Source: Candidatus Nanohaloarchaea archaeon (GTDB taxonomy: Archaea; Nanohalarchaeota; Nanosalinia; Nanosalinales; Nanosalinaceae). Taken from it: a DNA stretch of 64,000 nucleotides. The stretch is from assembly GCA_013343275.1 (NCBI GenBank), contig CP046106.1:800001-864000 (forward strand), written 5' to 3'. The position numbers and the translations under genes were made by a program. The notes beneath the pieces were generated by a model. The model was not told the origin of the DNA. It did not search any database and saw nothing but the letters and a program-made list of their open reading frames with translations. This document shows, piece by piece, positions 1 to 8,424 of the stretch (within the stretch, counting starts at the first letter, position 1; every line of letters begins with the position of its first letter).

Positions 1-1
1 A

Positions 2-256
2 GCCAAGCAGAAGAAGGTAAGAGCTGGCAAAGGAAAGAACAGAGGCCGTAAATACGTTACACGAGCAGGCCCTCTAGTAGTGGTTGCAGAAGATGAAGGA
101 ATCAAGGACGCAGGAAGCAATCTTGCAGGAGTAGAGGTCTCACTGGTCGATCAGCTTAACGCTGAGAAACTTGCTCCAGGAGCAGAGCCAGGAAGACTTA
201 CAGTCTGGAGCGAAAAAGCACTGGAAAAACTTGACGAAGAGGAACTTTTCCAATAA
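2..256 (+). CDS. rpl4: 50S ribosomal protein L4, C-terminal part (truncated by window)
   Basis: Own translation: ...KVRAGKGKNRGRKY...LNAEKLAPGAEPGRLTVWSE..., the archaeal L4 C-terminus; lies directly upstream of L23. Confidence 0.93.
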   Translation, partial: AKQKKVRAGKGKNRGRKYVTRAGPLVVVAEDEGIKDAGSNLAGVEVSLVDQLNAEKLAPGAEPGRLTVWSEKALEKLDEEELFQ

Positions 257-272
257 AAGGTGACAAAGAAAA

Positions 273-542
273 ATGGAAGATGACAAAGCTTGGGAAATAA
301 TCGAGAACCCTCACATGACAGAACAGGCAATGGACATGATTGACGAAGAGAACAAGCTTGTTCTCATGGTAGATCTCGACGCAAACAAGAACCAGGTAGA
401 AGACGCAGTACAGACACTATTTGATGTTGAAGTAACCAAAGTAAATACCAACATCACACCGCAGGCCCAGAAAAAGGCCTACGTAAAACTCTCACAGAGC
501 GACTCCGCGATGGATGTCGCAACCGAACTAGGTATGATGTAA
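273..542 (+). CDS. rpl23: 50S ribosomal protein L23
   Basis: PHMTEQAM..ENKLVLMVD..ANK..KKAYVKL; operon position. Confidence 0.96.
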   Translation: MEDDKAWEIIENPHMTEQAMDMIDEENKLVLMVDLDANKNQVEDAVQTLFDVEVTKVNTNITPQAQKKAYVKLSQSDSAMDVATELGMM

Positions 543-549
543 GAATGAA

Positions 550-595
550 GAAAATCGCAGATTTTCAGAGTAGCAGAAAACACAGAGGTGTTTTC
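550..595 (+). repeat. Double-hairpin intergenic element, copy 1 (rpl23-rpl2)
   Basis: GAAAATC-gca-GATTTTC, linker agagtagca, GAAAACAC-agag-GTGTTTTC; SD GAGGTG at 585-590 inside hairpin 2; mini-ORF 545-601. Confidence 0.85.
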
Positions 596-600
596 AACTA

Positions 601-1302
601 ATGGGAAGTCCACTAAGACAACAACGAAGAGGAAAAGGATCTCCGAACTACCAGTCTAACTCTCATAAATCCAAGGGAGATGTAGAGACAAAAAGAGCAG
701 AAACTCAGGGAACAGTAGTAGATCTAGTACACGACCCAGGAAGAACATCCCCTGTAGCAGTAGTAGAGTTCGAGGACGGAGAAGAAAGAAACATCCTAGC
801 GCCAGAAGGCCTAGCAGTAGGCGACACAATCGAGCTAGGAGTATCCGCAGAAGTCAAACCAGGAAACACACTTCCTGTAGGAGAGATCCCAGAAGGAGTA
901 CCAATCCACAATCTAGAACTCCAGCCGAACGACGGCGGCCAGATCGCCAGAAGCAGCGGAACATACGCATTCGTCGTAACACACGAAAAAGATGGGGTAA
1001 GAGTAAAGCTTCCAAGCGGAGACTTCAAAAAGTTGAATACTAGCTGCCGTGCAACAATTGGAAAAGTAGCAGGCGGCGGAAGAAAGGAGAAACCGTTCGT
1101 AAAGGCCGGAAACAAGTCCAAGGCTATGAAGGCCAGAGGCAAGGCCTATCCGAAGGTCTCCGGCGTAGCAATGAACGCAGTAGACCACCCATTCGGTGGA
1201 TCCGCAAAACCAGGAAAAGCAAAGACAGTTTCCAAGCACGCCTCACCAGGGCGTAAAGTCGGAAACATCGGCGCAAGCCGCAGCGGAAAGAAGAAAGAGT
1301 AA
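601..1302 (+). CDS. rpl2: 50S ribosomal protein L2
   Basis: QRRGKG, HDPGR, GVAMNAVDHPFGG motifs. Confidence 0.98.
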   Translation: MGSPLRQQRRGKGSPNYQSNSHKSKGDVETKRAETQGTVVDLVHDPGRTSPVAVVEFEDGEERNILAPEGLAVGDTIELGVSAEVKPGNTLPVGEIPEGVPIHNLELQPNDGGQIARSSGTYAFVVTHEKDGVRVKLPSGDFKKLNTSCRATIGKVAGGGRKEKPFVKAGNKSKAMKARGKAYPKVSGVAMNAVDHPFGGSAKPGKAKTVSKHASPGRKVGNIGASRSGKKKE

Positions 1303-1313
1303 GGTGATCAATT

Positions 1314-1694
1314 ATGGCAGACGAAGACTTTACATTCAGAGGAAAAACAATGGACGAACTCCGAGACATGGATCTCGAAGAGTTCGCCGACCTCCTCGAT
1401 GCAAGAGGCCGAAGAAAGATTCAGAGAGGCCTCAGAGAGGACGAGGAGAAGATCCTCGAAGATCTCGAGGAAAAAGACACAGTCAAAACCCACAGAAGAG
1501 GGATGATAGTAGTACCGAAGATGGTAGGAAACACCCTTCAGGTCTACAACGGACAGAGGTTCATCGAAGTAGAAGTCGAGGCACAGATGCTCGGCCACTA
1601 CCTCGGAGAATTCGCAAGAACCCGAAAAGAAGTCGAACACAGCGCACCAGGACTTGGTGCAACACGTTCGTCCAAACACATCCCGCTCAAGTGA
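1314..1694 (+). CDS. rps19: 30S ribosomal protein S19
   Basis: FTFRGK, KTHRR, YNG, MLGHYLGEF, GATRSSK. Confidence 0.97.
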   Translation: MADEDFTFRGKTMDELRDMDLEEFADLLDARGRRKIQRGLREDEEKILEDLEEKDTVKTHRRGMIVVPKMVGNTLQVYNGQRFIEVEVEAQMLGHYLGEFARTRKEVEHSAPGLGATRSSKHIPLK

Positions 1695-1702
1695 TTTAAC
1701 CT

Positions 1703-2113
1703 ATGGAACTTGACGCACACCAAGCATTTGCACAGGGCCGAAACATGCCTGTATCATGGAAGGACTGCACAGAAGTCGGACGCTTCATCAAAGGCGACTC
1801 TGTAGAGAAAGCAGAGAGAAAGCTCGAGAAAGTAATCGAGAAAGAACTCGCAGTACCCTACACAAAGTTCGACAGCGATGTCGGCCACAGAAGCGGACAT
1901 GGAGACTCCGGAAGATACCCGGAGAAAGCATCCAAGGAAATCCTGGAAGTTCTCAGATCTGCAGCATCAAATGCAGAGCACGAAGGCCTCAACCCTGGTG
2001 CACTTGAAGTACAGAACGTCATCACCAACAAAGGCCAAGAAATGAGAACTCCCGGAAGACATCCTGGAGAGACAAAAGCAGCACACGTAAAAATAATTGT
2101 AGGAGAGCGATAA
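1703..2113 (+). CDS. rpl22: 50S ribosomal protein L22
   Basis: VPY..GHR..GRYPEKA..NAE motifs; operon position. Confidence 0.96.
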   Translation: MELDAHQAFAQGRNMPVSWKDCTEVGRFIKGDSVEKAERKLEKVIEKELAVPYTKFDSDVGHRSGHGDSGRYPEKASKEILEVLRSAASNAEHEGLNPGALEVQNVITNKGQEMRTPGRHPGETKAAHVKIIVGER

Positions 2114-2120
2114 TATGACC

Positions 2121-2166
2121 GAAAATCAGAGATTTTCTGGGCATGCAAAAGACCGAGGTGGTCTTT
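2121..2166 (+). repeat. Double-hairpin intergenic element, copy 2 (rpl22-rps3)
   Basis: GAAAATC-aga-GATTTTC, linker ending gca, AAAGACC-gaggt-GGTCTTT; mini-ORF 2115-2168. Confidence 0.8.
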
Positions 2167-2168
2167 GA

Positions 2169-3233
2169 ATGCAAGAGAAAAAATTCATTCAGAAAGGAGC
2201 ACGTAAGGTAAGACTTCACGAGTTCCTTGAAGAAGAACTTGAAGGCGCAGGATACAGTCACGCAGACCTGGTAAGAACACCTACATCAGCAAAAATCGTG
2301 ATCTACGCACAGAGACCGGGCCTCGTCATCGGAAGAGGGGGTTCCAGGATCAAGGAACTCACAGCAGATCTCGAAGAAGAATTCGACTTCGATAACCCAC
2401 AGATCGAGGTTAACGAGATCGAAGAACCTGATGCAGATGCAGAAGTAGTAGCAAAGAGCATCGCAAACTGGCTTGAGAAAGGAGGCCACGCCAAACGTGT
2501 AGGATACACCTACATCAGAAGAATGAAGGAAGCAGGAGTAACAGGAGCAGAAGTAGAGATCACAGGAAAGCTCTCCGGAAACAGAGGCCGTACAGAGAAG
2601 TTCTCATTCGGATACGTAAAGAGATGCGGAAACACCTCTAAGGAAAACGTGGATAAAGGATACGAACTGGCCCGTACAAAGCCAGGAGCAATCGGAGTCA
2701 AAGTACGCATGATGAAGGAAATGCCGGACTTCATGCACAGAGACGTCGATGTCAGCGAGGAAATCCTCCACGAATCAGAAGTCTCAGAAGAATCACAGAT
2801 CAAGTCCGACAGAATCCAGCAGGTACTGGAAGAAGCAGAAAGCATGACTTCCTCCGAACTTGAGAGAGCAATCGAAGAGAAGGCAGAGACAATAGAGACA
2901 GGAGACATCTCCAAAGAAGAAGTCAGAGAGGCCTTCGAAGCAAGAGAGGAATCAGAGCCAGAAGAAGTCGAAGCCGAAGAACCAGAAGAGTCTGAATCTG
3001 AAGAAGCATCTTCTGAGGAGCAATCTTCCGAAGAGGAAGAGGACACAGAAGACTCATCTGAACAGGAAGAGACTGAAGAGACGGATGTAGAGGAAATTGT
3101 CTCAGGAACCATCAGCGACGCAAAGGACGCAATCTCAGAAATGGAGGATCCTGACTACGGCGCAATTCTACAGGCCGAGAAAGCCAACAAAAACCGAACA
3201 ACCTTTATTGACTGGCTTGAATCCCAGCAATAA
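2169..3233 (+). CDS. rps3: 30S ribosomal protein S3 with long acidic C-terminal extension
   Basis: KH motif RPGLVIGRGG, ITGKL, GAIGVKVR; about 165 extra C-terminal residues. Confidence 0.96.
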   Translation: MQEKKFIQKGARKVRLHEFLEEELEGAGYSHADLVRTPTSAKIVIYAQRPGLVIGRGGSRIKELTADLEEEFDFDNPQIEVNEIEEPDADAEVVAKSIANWLEKGGHAKRVGYTYIRRMKEAGVTGAEVEITGKLSGNRGRTEKFSFGYVKRCGNTSKENVDKGYELARTKPGAIGVKVRMMKEMPDFMHRDVDVSEEILHESEVSEESQIKSDRIQQVLEEAESMTSSELERAIEEKAETIETGDISKEEVREAFEAREESEPEEVEAEEPEESESEEASSEEQSSEEEEDTEDSSEQEETEETDVEEIVSGTISDAKDAISEMEDPDYGAILQAEKANKNRTTFIDWLESQQ

Positions 3234-3262
3234 ATAAAAGGAACTAACAGAAGTGATTAACC

Positions 3263-3460
3263 GTGTCAGAACTTTCAATCTCTGAACTCAGAGAAAAAGA
3301 CGCCTCCGAACTCAAACAGGACCTTACAGATCTACAGAAGGAACTTGTACAGGAAAGAGGCCAGATAGAAGTCGGAGGATTTGCCGACAACCCTGGCCGA
3401 CTCGGAGAAATGAAGAAAACCATCGCACGTATCAAAACAGTTCTCAACGAACGCCAATAA
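3263..3460 (+). CDS. rpl29: 50S ribosomal protein L29
   Basis: ELR..NPGR..KKTIARIKTV. Confidence 0.95.
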   Translation: MSELSISELREKDASELKQDLTDLQKELVQERGQIEVGGFADNPGRLGEMKKTIARIKTVLNERQ

Positions 3461-3469
3461 AGAATTATA

Positions 3470-3778
3470 ATGTCAGATCTCAATCCCAACAGCGGACTAC
3501 CCGACGAACTCGACGTCACCGACCAACTAGCAAGATCAGAACAGAAAATCACTGTAAAGATCGACACAAGAAGCTTCGGCAAAGAAGTCACAGTAGTCGA
3601 AGGCCTTGGAGAAGAAATCAACCTCGATGACCTATCCTCCAAACTCAAGTCCAAACTTGCATGCGGAGGAACAGTCAAAGACGGCCACATCGAACTCCAG
3701 GGCGACCACACACGTCGAATCGAAGACGTCCTCGCAGACCAGGGATTCGACAAAGAAAACATCGAAATCCAGAGATAA
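3470..3778 (+). CDS. Translation initiation factor aIF1 (SUI1 family)
   Basis: FGKEVTVVEG, LKSKLACGGTVKDGHIELQGDH. Confidence 0.95.
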   Translation: MSDLNPNSGLPDELDVTDQLARSEQKITVKIDTRSFGKEVTVVEGLGEEINLDDLSSKLKSKLACGGTVKDGHIELQGDHTRRIEDVLADQGFDKENIEIQR

Positions 3779-3872
3779 AATCATCCTCTGGGCCTGTTCA
3801 CATCTCCCTTTTTTACTTTCTACCTAGAAACCAACAGTTTCAAGTTGATACCTGCATAAAATCTAACTGGCT

Positions 3873-4616
3873 ATGAAGGCAACAATTCTGGGTTCAGGAG
3901 ACCCTCTAGGAATGCCGGTACCTATGTGTAAATGCAAGTACTGTAGAAAAGGCCCTGAAAGATTGAGAGCAGGCCTTAAGGTGGAGACAGAGGATTCAAC
4001 AGTTGTTTTCGATATAGGCCCTGATCTCCGTCAACAGCTTATCTCAACTGATACTTCGGATGTAGATGCCTTTTTCGCAACTCACGCTCATTTCGATCAC
4101 TTTGGAGGCCTTCCTGAATTAAGTAATCTTGACGTATTTGCTGATGCCGAAATCTCTATCTATGGTAGTGAAGAGGTTCAGAACTACATTGAAGATGTTT
4201 ACAGCTGGATAGATATCGATTACACAGTCTTCGAAGGCAGTACAGAGATCGGAGATCTAACTGTAGAGGCCTTCCCGGTAGAGCACTCGGAGTTCCTTCC
4301 AATGCAGGGTTACGCCGTTGAAAGCTGGGGCAAGAAGGTTGTGTACATACCTGATCTCAAATCCCTTCCGGAAACAGATGTCTACAGGGATGCAGACGTT
4401 CTATTTATTGATGGAATGTACCTGTTCGAGAAACACATGGAAGATGACGAGGATCACGCAGCGAAGGAGGAATTAAAGGCCGAGATAGAGAAATGCAACG
4501 CAGAAAAAGTAGTGCTCTTAGGGATGTCGGAACACTTCAACGAAATGACTGTGGAAGAAGAGAAAGAAAAAACCAGGTACGAGATAGGGAAAGACTTCAA
4601 AGAATACTCTCTCTAG
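3873..4616 (+). CDS. MBL-fold metallo-hydrolase, PhnP-like
   Basis: ILGSG..G.P...CxCxxC N-terminus, THAHFDH metal motif. Confidence 0.88.
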   Translation: MKATILGSGDPLGMPVPMCKCKYCRKGPERLRAGLKVETEDSTVVFDIGPDLRQQLISTDTSDVDAFFATHAHFDHFGGLPELSNLDVFADAEISIYGSEEVQNYIEDVYSWIDIDYTVFEGSTEIGDLTVEAFPVEHSEFLPMQGYAVESWGKKVVYIPDLKSLPETDVYRDADVLFIDGMYLFEKHMEDDEDHAAKEELKAEIEKCNAEKVVLLGMSEHFNEMTVEEEKEKTRYEIGKDFKEYSL

Positions 4617-4625
4617 TTAACTAAT

Positions 4626-4901
4626 ATGCCAATAACACCAGAAAACCTCCCGAAACACGAACTCATAGGCCTCCATGTAGAGGTAGTTGAGTCAACAGAT
4701 GAGACTCTCGAAGGCCTTGAGGGAGAGGTTATGGATGAAACCAAGTCCATGCTGAGAATCGACGGGAAACAGATGCAGAAAAAGAACTGCACGTTTCTCT
4801 TCGAGATACCTTCAGGAGAGGAGGTAGAGGTAGATGGGGAGCTTATTGCGAAAAGGCCTGAAGAGCGTACAGGCATGAAACTGCCGGAAAAATACCGGTA
4901 A
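4626..4901 (+). CDS. rnp1: Ribonuclease P protein component 1 (Rpp29/Pop4)
   Basis: HELIGL.VEV, G.V.DET, RPEER; usual position before S17. Confidence 0.93.
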   Translation: MPITPENLPKHELIGLHVEVVESTDETLEGLEGEVMDETKSMLRIDGKQMQKKNCTFLFEIPSGEEVEVDGELIAKRPEERTGMKLPEKYR

Positions 4902-4974
4902 AGGCCTTTCTTTGAGTTCCACTTACTACTTCAAAGTACCCTTTTAAAGTTTGTCTTTGAATGTGTTCTTACGA

Positions 4975-5123
4975 ACCTCAAAACTTGATTGAGGTCTTGA
5001 TAACCGCTGGAAGTCGAGTCTTTGGCTCGATACTTTCGGTGGTCTGCTTGGAAAACCCACGTTTGTGAGTGTTTTTGCTGCAGACTCTCCGATTTGCTAT
5101 TTCTGGCGGTTGTAGAACCTCCA
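4975..5123 (+). ncRNA. Putative structured RNA or 5' leader of the rps17 transcript
   Basis: Four predicted hairpins; the helix at 5003-5043 has G-U pairs that work only on the + strand; TATA-like TTTTAAA at 4942-4948. Confidence 0.5.
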
Positions 5124-5170
5124 ATCAGATCAATAAACAAACAATTAGACAATCGAAAGGTGAACAAGGC

Positions 5171-5461
5171 TTGACTGAAACAAATGAATCCAGCGAATAC
5201 CCAATCAGGGGCGGAGTATTTACAGGAACAGTAGAATCCACGAAAATGCAGAAATCCGCAACTGTACGATGGGAACACACACAGGAAATTCCGAAATACG
5301 AGAGAAAAGAGAGAAGAAACACAAAGATCACAGTCCACGTCCCTGAAGACATGGAGATCGAGGAAGGCGACACAGTAAAGGTCGGAGAGACCAAGCCAAT
5401 CTCAAAAACCAAGAGCCATGTAGTAATGGAAAAAATAACCGACGAAGAAAACGAGGAGTAG
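5171..5461 (+). CDS. rps17: 30S ribosomal protein S17
   Basis: RG.VF.G.V.S.KM, PKYER.ERR, GETKPISKTKS; TTG start at 5171 after SD AGGTGA (track start 5069 is too long). Confidence 0.95.
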   Translation: MTETNESSEYPIRGGVFTGTVESTKMQKSATVRWEHTQEIPKYERKERRNTKITVHVPEDMEIEEGDTVKVGETKPISKTKSHVVMEKITDEENEE

Positions 5462-5468
5462 ATTCTAA

Positions 5469-5867
5469 ATGAAGCCACTAGGAGCAAGCATTACAAGAGG
5501 CCTGGACCAGGGCGCAGAACTAACATGCGCAGACAACTCCGGAGCTAAAAAACTGAAGATCATCGGAGTTAAAAGCCAGAAAGGCCGAAGGTCAAGAAGA
5601 AACTCCGCAGGAATCGCAGACAAAGTAGTAGTAAGAGTCCTCAAAGGAGACGAGGAAACAAAACACGAAATATTCGAAGCAGTAGTTGTCAGACAGAGAC
5701 AGGAATTCGAAAGACCAGAAGGAACACGAGTAAAATTCGAAGACAACGCAGCAGTACTAGTAGAAGAAAACGGGCTTCCAAAAGGTTCAGTAACCCGAGG
5801 CCCAATTGCAAAAGAAGTAGTACAGCGATACTCCCCGATCGGGAAGATCGCATCAAAGGTGGTGTAA
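5469..5867 (+). CDS. rpl14: 50S ribosomal protein L14
   Basis: CADNSGAK, FEDNAAV, GPIAKE. Confidence 0.97.
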   Translation: MKPLGASITRGLDQGAELTCADNSGAKKLKIIGVKSQKGRRSRRNSAGIADKVVVRVLKGDEETKHEIFEAVVVRQRQEFERPEGTRVKFEDNAAVLVEENGLPKGSVTRGPIAKEVVQRYSPIGKIASKVV

Positions 5868-5871
5868 CGAT

Positions 5872-5914
5872 GAAAATCGCAGATTTTCGGAGTAGCAGAA
5901 AACAAGGTGTTTTC
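5872..5914 (+). repeat. Double-hairpin intergenic element, copy 3 (rpl14-rpl24)
   Basis: GAAAATC-gca-GATTTTC, ggagtagca, GAAAACA-agg-TGTTTTC; mini-ORF 5870-5920. Confidence 0.85.
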
Positions 5915-5919
5915 AACTA

Positions 5920-6558
5920 ATGAGCAACAACGAATGGAGCAGAAGCTGGAACTCAAGTAAGAACCCGACGAAGCAGAGAAAATACCGTAGAAACGCACCA
6001 CAGCATGTAAAAGATAAACTAGTGTCAGCAAATCTGGCCTCAGAACTTAGAGAAGAGCTAGGAACCAGAAACCTCAATCTCAAAGTAGGAGACAGAGTAG
6101 AGATCATGAGAGGCGACGACAAAGGAACTTCCGGAGTAATCAGCAGCATCGACAGAGAGAACGGAACAGTAACAGTAAACGGCGTAGAGAACGAACGTAC
6201 AGATGGCACATCCAGAGAAAAAACACTACAGCCATCCAACCTCCAGATCCAGGCACTCAACCTCGAAAACGTCTCAAGAATCGAAGCCTACGATGTAGAA
6301 GATACAGAAGCAATCGAAGTAGATGAAGAAGAACTAGAGGAACTTGAGGAAGAAGAGGAAGAAAATGCAATGATGCAGCAAATGCAGGGCGGAGGAGAAG
6401 CCGCAGACATCAGTGAAGAAGAACTCGAAGAGATTGAAGAAGAAATAGAAGAAGAGGAAACTGAAGCTGAAGAAGAGAAAGACACCGAATCCGAAGAGGA
6501 TTCAGACGAAACCACAGAAGAATCCGATGAAGAATCGGAAGAGAAAGGTGAGCAATAA
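5920..6558 (+). CDS. rpl24: 50S ribosomal protein L24 with acidic tail
   Basis: S..P.KQRK...NAP, KOW motif GDRVEIMRGD.KG, PSNL. Confidence 0.95.
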   Translation: MSNNEWSRSWNSSKNPTKQRKYRRNAPQHVKDKLVSANLASELREELGTRNLNLKVGDRVEIMRGDDKGTSGVISSIDRENGTVTVNGVENERTDGTSREKTLQPSNLQIQALNLENVSRIEAYDVEDTEAIEVDEEELEELEEEEEENAMMQQMQGGGEAADISEEELEEIEEEIEEEETEAEEEKDTESEEDSDETTEESDEESEEKGEQ

Positions 6559-7215
6559 ATGGGATTCCAAAAACGACTATCAGCACCAAAACACTATCCT
6601 ATCGACAGGAAAAACAACTCTTACGTAGTAGAACTCAAAGGTTCAAGAAGCAAAGACCAGGCTATTCCAACAGCACTATTCCTTAGAGATGTGCTTGGAT
6701 ACGCAGACACAGTAAGCGAAGCCAAGAAAATAGTAAACGATGGCAAAGTCCAGAGAAACGGCGACACAGTAAGAGATATCAAAGAAGGCCTAGGAGTACT
6801 CGACGTAGTCGAAGTAGACGGCCTCGAAGAGACATACAGAATAGTAAAAGACAGCAAAGGCCTCAAATTCATCGCAGTAGAAGATGACAAGGTCCTTGCC
6901 AAGGTAACAGGAAAGAGAGCAGAAGGAGATGAATACGTTTACAGCCTCCACAACGGCGAGAACTACAGAACCAAAGATGAGTTCGAAGTTCAGAGCTCAC
7001 TGATCTTCAACGGAGGAGTCAAGGAAGTACCTCTTGAAGAAGGCGCAGAGGTTCTAATTACAGGAGGCCAGCACGCAGGAGAAACTGCAGAGCTAGTAGA
7101 AGTTAACAGAAGTGGCCTCAAAACCTCAACAGCAACAGTTGAAGAAGCCGACAGACAGTTCGATACACGGCTTGAAAACATTGTAGCAGTTGAAGACGTC
7201 AAGGTGACAGAATAA
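6559..7215 (+). CDS. rps4e: 30S ribosomal protein S4e
   Basis: KRLSAP, LRDVLGYA, C-terminal KOW ITGGQHAG. Confidence 0.95.
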   Translation: MGFQKRLSAPKHYPIDRKNNSYVVELKGSRSKDQAIPTALFLRDVLGYADTVSEAKKIVNDGKVQRNGDTVRDIKEGLGVLDVVEVDGLEETYRIVKDSKGLKFIAVEDDKVLAKVTGKRAEGDEYVYSLHNGENYRTKDEFEVQSSLIFNGGVKEVPLEEGAEVLITGGQHAGETAELVEVNRSGLKTSTATVEEADRQFDTRLENIVAVEDVKVTE

Positions 7216-7727
7216 TGACTAACGAGATGAAGCAGATAGAGATTGCAAAAATAACAGTAAATACCTCGGCTGGAGAGGTAGGAGACGAAGTAGAGAAAGG
7301 ATTTACACTTCTCGAAAAGCTTACCGGGAAGCAGCCGGTCAGAACATCCTCGAAAGACGCATCCAAAACGTTCGGACTGAGAGAAGGCCTGAACATTGGA
7401 GCAAAAGTAACACTTCGAGGAGAAGAAGCAAGAGAGTTCCTGGAAAAAGTACTACCTGCGGCAGACAACCAGATCTCTGCAGAATCATTCGACGGAAACG
7501 GAAACTTCGCATTCGGAATTGGAGAATACATCGATGTACCAGGAATGGACTATGATGCCGATATCGGCATGAAAGGATTCGAGGTAGTGGTCAACCTGGA
7601 GAGACCAGGATACAGAGTAAAGCGGAGAGATCACAAACCGGATGAAATCGGCAAAGACCACAAAGTCGATGACGAAGAAGCCAAGGACTTCGTCGAAGAA
7701 GAACTTGGAGCAGAGGTGGTAGAATAA
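7215..7727 (+). CDS. rpl5: 50S ribosomal protein L5
   Basis: IGAKVTLRG, FDGNGNFAFGI.EYID.PG..YD..IG. Confidence 0.97.
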   Translation: MTNEMKQIEIAKITVNTSAGEVGDEVEKGFTLLEKLTGKQPVRTSSKDASKTFGLREGLNIGAKVTLRGEEAREFLEKVLPAADNQISAESFDGNGNFAFGIGEYIDVPGMDYDADIGMKGFEVVVNLERPGYRVKRRDHKPDEIGKDHKVDDEEAKDFVEEELGAEVVE

Positions 7728-7733
7728 TGATTA

Positions 7734-7780
7734 GAAATTCGGAGAATTTCATGATCACGCAGAAAACACGAGGTGTTTTC
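7734..7780 (+). repeat. Double-hairpin intergenic element, copy 4 (rpl5-rps14)
   Basis: GAAATTC-gga-GAATTTC (compensatory change), linker ending gca, GAAAACAC-gag-GTGTTTTC; mini-ORF 7727-7786. Confidence 0.85.
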
Positions 7781-7782
7781 GA

Positions 7783-8007
7783 GTGAGCTACGAAGCAGTA
7801 CTGGAACAGATCAAACACAAGAAAGGAAAAAGACAGAAATTCGAGAAACACAACGCTCCAAAGGAAAGAGACTACGGAAAATCCAAGAAAGAATGCAGAA
7901 GATGCGGAAGAACAGGTAGAGGAGTCATCAGCAAATACGATCTCAACTACTGCAGACAGTGCTTCCGTGAAATCGCAGAAGAACTCGGATTCGAACAGCT
8001 CAACTAG
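7783..8007 (+). CDS. rps14: 30S ribosomal protein S14 (Zn-binding)
   Basis: CRRCG...[17 protein letters not shown]; GTG start. Confidence 0.95.
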   Translation: MSYEAVLEQIKHKKGKRQKFEKHNAPKERDYGKSKKECRRCGRTGRGVISKYDLNYCRQCFREIAEELGFEQLN

Positions 8008-8019
8008 GTGACAAAGAAA

Positions 8020-8409
8020 ATGCAGCAAGATACATTCAGCGACGCAATGTCCTCCATCAACAACGCAGTAGATGCAGGCAACGAATACGCAACAATCAGT
8101 CCAACAAGCAGCCTGGTCAAGAACCTACTGCTTAAGCTACAGGAACTGGAATACATCGGCGTTTTCGAATATGTAGAAGACGGCCAGGGAGGCAAATTCC
8201 GAGTAGAAGTCAAAAACCAGGTAAACGAATGCCAGTCCGTAAAACCACGGTTCTCCGTACAGAACGAAGAATACGAGAAATGGGCCAAGAGATACCTACC
8301 GGCTCAAGGATTCGGAGAGCTACTGGTAACCACAAGCCACGGCCTCATGACACACTACGAGGCCCGTGAAGAAGGAATCGGCGGAAAACTACTAGGTTAC
8401 GTCTACTGA
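8020..8409 (+). CDS. rps8: 30S ribosomal protein S8
   Basis: KPRFSV, YLPA..FG.L.VTTS.G.MTH.EA...IGG.LL.YVY; ATG at 8020 after SD AGGTGA. Confidence 0.96.
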   Translation: MQQDTFSDAMSSINNAVDAGNEYATISPTSSLVKNLLLKLQELEYIGVFEYVEDGQGGKFRVEVKNQVNECQSVKPRFSVQNEEYEKWAKRYLPAQGFGELLVTTSHGLMTHYEAREEGIGGKLLGYVY

Positions 8410-8424
8410 AGGTGAACAAGAAAA

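Noticed and set aside
4975-5123. RNase P RNA, suggested by adjacency to rnp1
   Set aside because: The conserved P4-forming GAGGAAAGUCC and 3' ACAGAA..GGCUUA-type segments were not found on either strand; kept only as an unknown structured RNA.
4931-5338. 135-aa minus-strand ORF, and the 5069 start for rps17
   Set aside because: The ORF overlaps rps17 antisense and has no motif; rps17 has an SD-supported TTG at 5171.
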